Shown here: one piece after another, positions 9,994 through 18,953 of the stretch | Layout of the letters: the number at the start of each line of letters is the position of its first letter | How positions within the stretch are numbered: the first letter of the stretch is position 1 | NCBI GenBank assembly: GCA_004195515.1 | Contig: PSPR01000005.1 | Location: 1-49,273 of the forward strand | Direction: 5' to 3' | From: Methanobacteriota archaeon | GTDB taxonomy: Archaea > Thermoplasmatota > Poseidoniia > Poseidoniales > Poseidoniaceae | DNA: 49,273 bases | Notes under the pieces: model-generated | The model's database searches: none | What the model saw: the letters and a program-made list of their open reading frames with translations, nothing else | Told to the model about the DNA's origin: nothing | Translations under genes and position numbers: made by a program

Positions 9994-10075
9994 CGCGGAG
10001 AGAGAGATTCGAACTCCCGTGTCAAGCGACACCGGCTTTCAAGGCCGGCGCAATACCAAACTTTGCGATCTCCGC
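9994..10075 (-). tRNA. tRNA-Ser (anticodon TGA)
   Basis: Acceptor GCGGAGA/TCTCCGC, anticodon stem CCGGC-CT TGA AA-GCCGG, long variable arm, GTTCGAAT T-loop, discriminator G. Confidence 0.95.
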
Positions 10076-10119
10076 TTATAGCCGGTCCAGATGCCTTTTG
10101 CTCAAGACCTTTACCTCTC

Positions 10120-11461
10120 TCATTCTTCTTTTGAAGTTGCAATAATCGCTAAACCAAGCGCGCTCGCAATCAATCCAAAGGTGAATCCTGGAACACTATG
10201 ATCATCTGTATCTTTAGGATGATCGTGAGATGCCATCACGGTCTCAATATCGTGGGCAAATTCGGCCTCGTTCCACTGGTAACCGCTCCAAGATACGATT
10301 GGTTTCCATTCATTATCTAGGATGAAGGTAAGAACTGAATGCGCTACAGAACATCGTATTTGGGATTGGTATATCGCTATCATCGGTGCTATTTGGAGCC
10401 CAAGCAATGTGCATTTGTTCGGTTAACAAATCCATTCCGCTTTGGCTCTCTTCCCAAGTCATACTGGTATCGTTCCAGAAGTGTAATTGCCACCACCATG
10501 AAAGATCCGCAGGTGCTGAAACATTATTTATCGAAGTCAAATAATGGCCAAAATCACTATCTGGAGTTTCAACTTCATCGAGTGCAGCGATGGTTTGGTG
10601 CCAAGCATTGATCTCAGAAATAACCGCGGTCGAAGAATTACCATCTAGTTGAACGATTGTCATACTTTCATTATTCAAGCCAGGAATTGGAATCATACTA
10701 TCATTGGTAGAATTTGGCGCGAAGGCTAGTCGCCCCACCTCGATACTATCGATGCCAACAGACACTTCTTCCCAAATGGAAGTTGAATCATTCCAAGAAT
10801 GTAATTGCCACCACCAAGAATAATCAGAAGGTGTAGAATCATTATTGATGCTCGATACGAAATGTCCATATTGAGATTCGCTGGCATTAAAGGTCCAATC
10901 CTCTTGGTGAGCAGAGGCAACAAATTGCTGCCAACCCATTGGCATTACTTCGCTTTCAAACGAGGTATTATTAGGCATTACTACCGTAACAGTATCGGAA
11001 TGATCCATGTCTCTGTCGATTGTAATCTCAACATCTTGAGTTTGGATGAAGAAGGCATCCCAAACCGGTTGAAGTTGTGCAGTTGTACCAGTTAGATGCG
11101 GCCAAGAAACATTGTGCTTCTCCATATAGGATTTGAAAACTTCAGGTGTGTCGATTGCTGGGTCGACGGTAATCGAAATGAATTCAACCTCTTCGGTTGA
11201 GACCATATTTTGTACCGATCTAAGTTTTTGAGTGATTGCAGGGCAAGCATCTTCACAGGTGGTAAAAATGAATGCGATCACCGTAGCTTCGGCTAAATTA
11301 CTCTGTAAAGAGTGAGGATTACCATCTTGGTCGGTCAATGTGAAATCTTCAATTTCAGGCCGAGATAATTGCAAACCAGTATACGAATTTCCACCTGCAC
11401 TAGATAGAGGCATGGTTGAAATCATCAATAAGCCAATCAGGCACAATGCAATCTTTCCCAT
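10120..11461 (-). CDS. SCO1/SenC copper chaperone with two inserted DUF4430-like repeats and PGF-CTERM-like anchor; +1 frameshift near 10345-10365
   Basis: FTLTDQDG, FIFTTCEDACP, SITVDP, LTG in ORF 10313-11482; conserved VAHS..TFILD and VPGF-TM tail lie in the adjacent frame (ORF 10120-10407). Confidence 0.8.
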
Positions 11462-11512
11462 AGATGATGGCCTTAGCCACATCTACTTCAATTGATAGGT
11501 TTACCATTCAAA

Positions 11513-11896
11513 TTAATTTGTAACGTAAGAGTAATCCCAGTCCGGAGTACACCAATTCGGCAAATCCATGATGCTGGCAGGATTGGATAATCCAATACCC
11601 CAAAGCATCAAGGCTGCGAATAGAAGTGGAAATATCGCGGTTCGGGTATAGATGATAGGGTCTCCTTTCAAATGCATGAAGAATCCCGCGATTCCGTAAA
11701 TCTTGATGATTCCAATCCCGATTAGAATTGCCCAAACGAGATTGACGCTCAATCCGGTAACATAAACTGCAGCTACCTCAAAAAACGTAAAAAACATCAG
11801 AATAAGGAAGTTTACAAAATAAACATCCTTACCCATCTTATCTGCTAATTTCTGGAATAATCCCGCAACTGGTCCTGTATATTTGTGTTCACTCAT
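11513..11896 (-). CDS. coxD: Cytochrome c oxidase subunit IV (prokaryotic)
   Basis: Three TM helices, K..I...FFMHLK motif, GAGGTGA RBS, operon position. Confidence 0.85.
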   Translation of the reverse strand: MSEHKYTGPVAGLFQKLADKMGKDVYFVNFLILMFFTFFEVAAVYVTGLSVNLVWAILIGIGIIKIYGIAGFFMHLKGDPIIYTRTAIFPLLFAALMLWGIGLSNPASIMDLPNWCTPDWDYSYVTN

Positions 11897-11906
11897 CTCA
11901 ATCACC

Positions 11907-13254
11907 TCAGTACAAATAGAATGCTGGGAAGATGGCAACCCAAGCCAAATCCACAAAGTGCCAATACAAACCGAAATACTCGATTCCATGGCCGTTCTTT
12001 TCATCGTAGCCGACGGTATCAGCCTTGAATATCATGAATAACATTACTAGTAATCCAATGAATACGTGCAGACCGTGGGCGCCGGTAGCGATAAAGAAGA
12101 TCGAACCTGCTTGAGTTCCGATATCGAATCCTTCCGCAACCAGATGGCTCCACTCGATAATCTTCAAAATGATGAAGAGAGAACCGAGAAGCACGGTTGC
12201 GATCAGATAGTTTCGCACCGCTTTTTGCCGAGTCGGTAATAATCTGCGGACCCATTTTGTTTCCGATGGTTTCCAATCAACATCTTTAGCGGTCTTCAGC
12301 GCTAAGACAATTGTATAGGAAGATATGATTAGAGCAAATGTATTGACCGCTCCAGGCAATAGTGTCATTATATCGTGTCGAAGTAGGTCAGATGCAGTTG
12401 TGGTATCGACTGTTTTACAGCGTCCAGCATCAACTGCCCATTGAGTACACCAACCGGTTCTCATCCGCAGATATGCCGAGAAGAATGATGCGAAAACCAT
12501 AACTTCAGAAATTAGGAATACCCACATACCAGCCTTTCTGATATGTTGTCCTCCGAATGGTTTTCCAAGTGCTACTTGCTCCTTTGCACCGATCAGGTCT
12601 TCTCTCCACCAATTGCCGATTCCAATAATTAAAATTATGAATCCAGCACATGAAATTGCGAAGCCAACGTAATCTGCAGCTATGTCGATTCCAAGCATTG
12701 CTTTTGTAGTCTTCACAAATCCTTGGAAGCCCATCATAAAGAATAACAAACCAGTTGCCATCAATATCGGCGAAGCCGATCCATGATGATCACCATAACC
12801 ATCTCCATTGTCGTCATGTCCGTGGTCTTCAGGGCGGATACTATTGAAGAATCCAGCGATGATGTAAAACGCTCCGTAGATGAACGTCATAACCATGATC
12901 GTCTTACCTGCAACGGTCCAAGTCAGGTATGAAAGATGGGCTTGTTCCTTATTATGCTCAGCGACTTCATACTTTTCAGTCGCTTCTTCGAGACTCTTTT
13001 CTGCTTGATGATAATCTTCAGCAAAGACACCGGTATTTTGTCGCTAGATGGAATTCGTCTTTTGCATCGACGTAATCGGCGTGGGCTTGTTCGTAAGGTT
13101 TGATGGTTTCGTCCCAGAAGCCGTGCATCACGGTTCCTAGACCAACTGTAAGAATTGTGAACGCAGCTAGGCCAATTCCGATAACCACCGCTCCGATAAT
13201 GACGGTCTTCATCCAGACCTCGTTCTTGACATCATGTAATCCGTGTCCACTCAT
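11907..13254 (-). CDS. coxC: Cytochrome c oxidase subunit III with N-terminal extension; +1 frameshift at about 13036-13039
   Basis: GMWVFLISEVMVF, TGAHGLHV, LYWHFVD; ATGA-coupled start at 13254 whose frame joins the 11907-12896 frame if one base is removed from the A4 run. Confidence 0.88.
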
Positions 13255-15557
13255 TGGCTCACATCCTCTGAATCGTTTTCTCCAATCGACCATAATTTCT
13301 TACTGATTCTATCGAGAATACCTGGTTCGTGCTCGTCGTCTTCGTTCGCATCCAACTGTGTTGGGATGACCGCAAAGGAAGGGGTCGGTGGCGGGCTGCT
13401 AGTAGCCCATTCGAGCGACCATCCACCCCATGGGTCCTTGCCGACTTTTTCTCCATTCTTGGACGAATAAATTAGGTTCCAAAGAAGAATTAATTGTGAT
13501 AGTCCAAAGATAAGTGCAAATATTGAAATTGACATATTTAATTCCGCAAACCCTGAATCTGCCGCATAGGTGTGGGTTCTGCGAGGCATACCCATTATTC
13601 CAACAGCATGCATTGGCCAGAACGCACCATTAAAAGATGTGAATGCGATTAAGAAGTGCCAAAGACCCATGGTTTCATTCAACTTGCGACCCATCGCCTT
13701 CGGGTACCAATAATAAATTCCAGAGAATAAACCGAATACAGTACCGCCGATGAATACGTAATGGAAGTGAGCGACGACGAAGTAACCATCGTGGAATTGA
13801 GTATCCAAACCTGCTACCGGGAAGAACATTCCAGATAGGCCACCTAGGGTAAATGTGATCAAGAATCCTAAGGACCACAAGGTGTGGGTTTTGAAGATTA
13901 GAGAACCGCCCCATAAGGTTGCAAGCCAGTTGAATATTTTCACACCGGTCGGTATTGCAACACCCATTGTGGTCAGCATGAAGATCGAACGCCAGTATGG
14001 ATCCATTCCGCTGGTTAACATGTGATGTCCCCAAACGATGAATCCGACAAGTCCGATTCCTACCATTGCGTAAACCATTGACTTGTAGCCAAAGATAGAG
14101 CGGCGAGCGCTGGTTGCCAGTACTTCTGAAACGATTCCAAACGAAGGAACTACGACAACGTAAACCTCAGGATGTCCGAAGAACCAGAACAGGTGCTGGA
14201 ATAGGAGCGGGTCGCCACCACTAGTGAAGAACACGGTTCCTATCGTGCTGTCGAATAGTAGGAATAATACACCGATTACGAAAGCGGGTAGGCTGACATA
14301 GAGCATGAATACACTGATGAGAACAGACCAAGTGAACAAGGGCATCTTCATCCAGGTAACTCCATGTGCGCGCATAGTGAATGTTGTAGTGACGAAGTTA
14401 ACACCGCTCAGAGTTGATGATGCGCCCAAAAGGGCGATTCCAGATATGAATGCAATAGTTCCTGAATTCGGACCTTGAGCGGTCCCTAAACCTGCTAGAG
14501 TGGAATAAGGTGGGTACATGACCCAGGTGATATCGGCGGATTCCCCGGACCAAACTCCAGCGAATATCAATGGTGCTGCTGCGACCAATAGCCAGAAACC
14601 AAGCGCATTGATCCTGGGGAATGCTAGATCTTGAGCGCCGATTTGCAAAGGCAAAATGTAATTCATAAATCCTGCAATCATCGGCATTGCTGCTAAGAAA
14701 ATCATTGTGGTTCCGTGTAATGTGAAGAATGAATTGTATTCATCCATTGTTAGGAATGTGTTTTCGGGTAAAGCCAATTGAATTCTGAACAATAATGCTA
14801 GAAGTCCACCGACCAAGAAGAAGAAGAAACCAAACAAAAAGTACAGCATTCCAATTTCTTTGTGGTCGTGAGTGGTTAACCATGGCTTTAGGTATGACCA
14901 AAAGTTTCCAATTGAGAATGTATCGGGATTACGAGTGTAGAATACCCACATAACCGCGACCAAAATCAATCCGACAGCTAAACCAATAACTGTCATGAAG
15001 ATGACAAGAGCACTAGCAGAAGGCGCCTTTGCGGAAGCATTTGGACCAGCGACATCGATTGATTTAGTTGCATAGCCGTCATTTGCATTTCCATCGCCGC
15101 CATTTACAGCATTGCCATGAATTAGGATTGTTGAAATCGCAGTATCGTCAGAGGGAGCGGTATAAACGAATGTCCAAGTATCGAAATTATTCAACTCCTC
15201 GGTATGGGTTAGGCCGCCGGACATTTCCTTTGCTGAATTACCTTGAGCATCTTCAACGTGAGCAAGAGTTCCACCTCCGGTGATGAGTATTCTGAATCCA
15301 GCAACATTACCGTTATCATCGGTCGCACGGACCAATGTGGGGTTGGTTACCGTTACATTGAATGTATATTCAGCGCCAGCTTCGAATACTTCAGGAAGTC
15401 CATCGACTGTGATTTTAGTATTAGAGGATTGGTCGTGACAATAACAGCCTTTGTCAGCATCGGAGCCGATTCCAGTTGGAAGAGCATTCATCTGAGGAAC
15501 AGCAAATAGTGCAAGCATCAATAATGCTAGAACTGCAATAGATCGAGTATGTTTCAT
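13251..15557 (-). CDS. coxA: Cytochrome c oxidase subunit I (type A1) with fused N-terminal extracellular domain
   Basis: TLHGTTMIF, FWFFGHPEVY, WGHHM, VVAHFHYV, GMPRR; about 210 extra N-terminal residues. Confidence 0.96.
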   Translation of the reverse strand: MKHTRSIAVLALLMLALFAVPQMNALPTGIGSDADKGCYCHDQSSNTKITVDGLPEVFEAGAEYTFNVTVTNPTLVRATDDNGNVAGFRILITGGGTLAHVEDAQGNSAKEMSGGLTHTEELNNFDTWTFVYTAPSDDTAISTILIHGNAVNGGDGNANDGYATKSIDVAGPNASAKAPSASALVIFMTVIGLAVGLILVAVMWVFYTRNPDTFSIGNFWSYLKPWLTTHDHKEIGMLYFLFGFFFFLVGGLLALLFRIQLALPENTFLTMDEYNSFFTLHGTTMIFLAAMPMIAGFMNYILPLQIGAQDLAFPRINALGFWLLVAAAPLIFAGVWSGESADITWVMYPPYSTLAGLGTAQGPNSGTIAFISGIALLGASSTLSGVNFVTTTFTMRAHGVTWMKMPLFTWSVLISVFMLYVSLPAFVIGVLFLLFDSTIGTVFFTSGGDPLLFQHLFWFFGHPEVYVVVVPSFGIVSEVLATSARRSIFGYKSMVYAMVGIGLVGFIVWGHHMLTSGMDPYWRSIFMLTTMGVAIPTGVKIFNWLATLWGGSLIFKTHTLWSLGFLITFTLGGLSGMFFPVAGLDTQFHDGYFVVAHFHYVFIGGTVFGLFSGIYYWYPKAMGRKLNETMGLWHFLIAFTSFNGAFWPMHAVGIMGMPRRTHTYAADSGFAELNMSISIFALIFGLSQLILLWNLIYSSKNGEKVGKDPWGGWSLEWATSSPPPTPSFAVIPTQLDANEDDEHEPGILDRISKKLWSIGENDSEDVSQ

Positions 15558-15562
15558 TTAAC

Positions 15563-16519
15563 TCAAGCCTCCTTCATTTTATTATCGAAAACAACACCAA
15601 AATCGATATCGTCACAAGAAGTTCCTTCCCTTGCAACCACTTTCACAGTTCCAGTCATTACCGAGTGATATTCTCCACAATATTCAGCACAGCGCACAGG
15701 GAATGTTCCTGCCTCATTCGGCTGGACATACAACCAAGTCCCAGTATCTAACCCCGGTACTGCATCTTCTTTATTGCCCCATTCCTGGAGCCAGAATGCG
15801 TGTTGTACACCTTGGTAAACGCCGTTCTTATCGCCGTATTTATCGGAGTGGATGTTGAACATTACATTTTCATCACAAGGTATGAAGAAATGCTTGGTCA
15901 TCAATTGGCCTTCTGGGATATGAGCCCATGTGTGAATGGTATTGCCATCAGCATCTGTAATTGTTACAGAAGAATTCGTTACATCATTGAACAAAGAATC
16001 ATTGGTAATAGTGCCATCGATTAATTCTAGCGACCAACTATTTGTTCCTTGAATCACATTAGCAGTATAGTTTCCATCGGCCATTATTCTGAGATCATCG
16101 CCCCAAGAAACATCGAAGGTAGAACTTGGATCCTCCCAAGTCAAACCATCTCGGTAACGGTATTCCCATTCCCATTGAACACCGTTTACCTCGACGGTAA
16201 AGGTCTCGTCAGGGTCTGGAATTGCTCCCCAGATGATATTCATCGAACCGAATGCGATGTAGGTTACCCAAATGATCAGCAGGGTTGGTCCTGCAAACCA
16301 AGCGAGTTCGAGTTTGAGGTTGTGGCGTTCGGTTGGAAAGGTTCCAACCTTGAGTTCTTCTTTACCAGCAGGTTCGATTCCGTCACGGAATCGAAGAATG
16401 GCGATAAACATCCAAGTAAAGGTAAAAACTCCGACTAAAATCGACCAGAACATGAACTTGTCATACAAGACATCGAACAAAGAGTTCTCATCCGGCCATA
16501 ACTCCCGTGAAGCGCCCAT
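15563..16519 (-). CDS. coxB: Cytochrome c oxidase subunit II (CuA)
   Basis: Two TM helices, GVQWEW, HAFW, CAEYCGEYHSVM CuA motif; about 80-aa insert in the cupredoxin domain. Confidence 0.93.
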   Translation of the reverse strand: MGASRELWPDENSLFDVLYDKFMFWSILVGVFTFTWMFIAILRFRDGIEPAGKEELKVGTFPTERHNLKLELAWFAGPTLLIIWVTYIAFGSMNIIWGAIPDPDETFTVEVNGVQWEWEYRYRDGLTWEDPSSTFDVSWGDDLRIMADGNYTANVIQGTNSWSLELIDGTITNDSLFNDVTNSSVTITDADGNTIHTWAHIPEGQLMTKHFFIPCDENVMFNIHSDKYGDKNGVYQGVQHAFWLQEWGNKEDAVPGLDTGTWLYVQPNEAGTFPVRCAEYCGEYHSVMTGTVKVVAREGTSCDDIDFGVVFDNKMKEA

Positions 16520-16630
16520 GCTTCAAGCGCATAGACGACCGTATTAAGCGATTGTGGAAAGGTATGGTTCTCCCTACGGGAGATTTAGCCATCAAGAGGA
16601 TTCTTGGGCTTTGACTAAGTGGCTCAACCC

Positions 16631-16942
16631 ATGAGCGTTTCAGCCTGTGTTCAAACCACTCTTGACGGAGCGGTTTTGATCGAGATCGAAGTCCAACCTG
16701 GAGCTTCGCGTCAAGGCGTGGTTGGCTTCAATCGGTGGCGTGGCCGATTACAGGTCGCAGTCAAAGCCGAAGCCGAAAAAGGCAAAGCGAATAATGCGGT
16801 TTGTTCGGTCTTATCAACAATTTTCAAAAAACAAGTCGAGGTGGTAGCCGGTCATACTTCGCGACAGAAAAAAGTCTCGGTGAATGGAATGACTGCAAAT
16901 GAAATAATTACAGTTTTGGAGGGTTTGGTTGAACCGGATTGA
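16631..16942 (+). CDS. DUF167/UPF0235 (YggU-like) protein
   Basis: VQPGAS, GKANNA, GHTSRQK motifs. Confidence 0.88.
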   Translation: MSVSACVQTTLDGAVLIEIEVQPGASRQGVVGFNRWRGRLQVAVKAEAEKGKANNAVCSVLSTIFKKQVEVVAGHTSRQKKVSVNGMTANEIITVLEGLVEPD

Positions 16943-17366
16943 GCGATTTAATCTGGTAGCTCGAGCTCTCATCGAAGCACGAGCGAGCAACCTTGAGGGT
17001 TCACCGGTATTGGTCGAAGGACAAAAAGATGTAATCGCTTTGGAAGCTTTGGGTTTCAAAGGACCAATAGAAATTTTAAATCGCGGTTGGCCAGTCGACC
17101 GAGTTGCGGTTTGGATAGTTGAAAATTATTCGGTGCCCACAATTGTCTTGATGGATTGGGACCGGACCGGTGGTCGGCTTCAAAGAAAATTAGCCGATGC
17201 TTTCGAAAGTTTGGATTACAAAATATTGACTGATTTTAGAAAGACCCTTTCAAAGGCGATGCGGCCGGAAACATTGTGCTTAGAAGATTTGAAAGCGTTT
17301 GCCGATGAGTTGTTGGAATTGATAGAACTCATCGATCCTCAGGCAAACGCACGCCCATCTCCTTGA
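16929..17366 (+). CDS. Small Toprim-domain protein (RNase M5/primase-like)
   Basis: VLVEGQKD and MDWDRTG (DxD) motifs. Confidence 0.85.
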   Translation: MNRIERFNLVARALIEARASNLEGSPVLVEGQKDVIALEALGFKGPIEILNRGWPVDRVAVWIVENYSVPTIVLMDWDRTGGRLQRKLADAFESLDYKILTDFRKTLSKAMRPETLCLEDLKAFADELLELIELIDPQANARPSP

Positions 17367-17784
17367 CCGTATTTAATACGACGTGAGTATAGGACCTTGT
17401 TATCCCATCAAGGGTAAAAACAGTCTTTGTCAAATCGTCTAGGTCGGCTCTATCCTGAACTCTTGCCAAAACCATCGAATCCCAATCTCCGGTTACATCG
17501 TACACACTGAAAACCCGCGGGTCCGCGGCAATTTTTTGCTGGACTTTGATCATCTCACCTTTGGCAATTCTCAAACCAGCCATCACCGTCATGCTCCAAC
17601 CGACCGCTTCAGCATTCAATAATGGAACATAACCAGTAATGATATTTTCAGCCTCTAATCGGCGCAATCGATTGGTGATAGTTCCTTGAGCGACTCCGAC
17701 CTTTGCCGCCAGTTGACGCTGAGATAATCGAGCATCTTCGCAAAGTGCGCTGATGATAGCGCGGTCGGTCGAATCAAGGCTCAT
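17329..17784 (-). CDS. Lrp/AsnC family transcriptional regulator
   Basis: LDSTDRAII..L..DAR, HTH, VTGDWD; GGTGA RBS. Confidence 0.92.
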   Translation of the reverse strand: MSLDSTDRAIISALCEDARLSQRQLAAKVGVAQGTITNRLRRLEAENIITGYVPLLNAEAVGWSMTVMAGLRIAKGEMIKVQQKIAADPRVFSVYDVTGDWDSMVLARVQDRADLDDLTKTVFTLDGITRSYTHVVLNTVKEMGVRLPEDR

Positions 17785-17810
17785 ATCACCAAGGATGCTC
17801 AAGCGGCTCT

Positions 17811-18953
17811 TCAACCATTCGACTTTTGCTCGGGCAGATTTAGGTCTAAAACCCAATCTCCTAGATCAGAAACACTTACCGCTAAACGCATATGAAAGTC
17901 CCCTTCTCCCCGAACCTTCATTTTGCCAGTAAGATCTTGGCCACCTGCTACCTTTCCTTTGGGTACACGCGAATTGGTTTTCCAGCCGTTTTCGAGGGTC
18001 ATATCACCTATTTCTAAATCGAATCCAGCGGTTAAATTATACTCTAATTCATTGAGACCAACCCACGCCCCTTCGAGTGTTGGTAAACCCTTTTCGCGTT
18101 TTAATTCAGCTTGAATGATGAAAATTATACAAATCACTAATAGAGATAAAATCAATGCTGGAGTAAGCACTTCTCCCTTTTGAGAAGATTGCCACGAAGT
18201 AGGTAAATTGGCTCTTTGAATCGATAAAACCCGGTTATTTGAATCGTTTTCGAAACTGCCGACCATCACCAATAACATCTCGTATTCATTCGAGTGGGTC
18301 GCACCTCCAAGTTCTATTCCTGCACCTTCAAGGTGGTCTCTTGTGATGGTTGTATTCCACTTATTGAGGGTATTATTGGTAAAATAAAACGACGAAGAAG
18401 GTGCCCAATCTCGCAATAAATTATTCACACTTTGTCCTTGGTTTCCTTCAGCTTGAGTTTCGATAATGAAAACGTGCAATTGGGTCGCGCCAGATAGTTG
18501 TTGTGGATTTGTCCAATCGCCTTCGATCGAAATCAATTCGACTTCACTCGAGCCAATCAATTCAATACTGAAATCAATTTCGACCTCGTTCTGATTAATA
18601 TTACCGGTAAAGTTATCAAAATCGTCAAGGGAAACCCAGAATCCATCGACGGTCATCGCCGGGAAAACGCTGATGTTGTGGAACATCGCTCTAGATTGAG
18701 CATCATCGCTTGGCCAACCGCTCTTTTCATCACTTGAATTTGTTCTCCAATGGATTAGGGTAATGTCTCCGTCCGCTTCCATTTTTTCTAAAATCGAAAC
18801 ATATTGATCATCGTTTTCGCCATGAAACCATTCCACCAATATTGGCGCTGAATCGGCTGATTTATGCTCGGAATAAGCATATTGATTGAGGTCTCCAATG
18901 GCGGAGGCCAAAGGTAACATCAATAGTAAAACAAAAATTGCAAAGACTCTCAT
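17811..18953 (-). CDS. Hypothetical exported membrane protein (degenerate thioredoxin/Omp28-like N-terminal domain possible)
   Basis: Signal peptide, 'FPAMTVDG' motif, internal TM; ATGA-coupled to the upstream gene. Confidence 0.55.
   Translation of the reverse strand: MRVFAIFVLLLMLPLASAIGDLNQYAYSEHKSADSAPILVEWFHGENDDQYVSILEKMEADGDITLIHWRTNSSDEKSGWPSDDAQSRAMFHNISVFPAMTVDGFWVSLDDFDNFTGNINQNEVEIDFSIELIGSSEVELISIEGDWTNPQQLSGATQLHVFIIETQAEGNQGQSVNNLLRDWAPSSSFYFTNNTLNKWNTTITRDHLEGAGIELGGATHSNEYEMLLVMVGSFENDSNNRVLSIQRANLPTSWQSSQKGEVLTPALILSLLVICIIFIIQAELKREKGLPTLEGAWVGLNELEYNLTAGFDLEIGDMTLENGWKTNSRVPKGKVAGGQDLTGKMKVRGEGDFHMRLAVSVSDLGDWVLDLNLPEQKSNG

Noticed and set aside
13018-13020. Selenocysteine or stop read-through at TGA in the coxC N-terminal frame
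   Set aside because: The downstream protein continues in a different frame; a single-base indel explains it.
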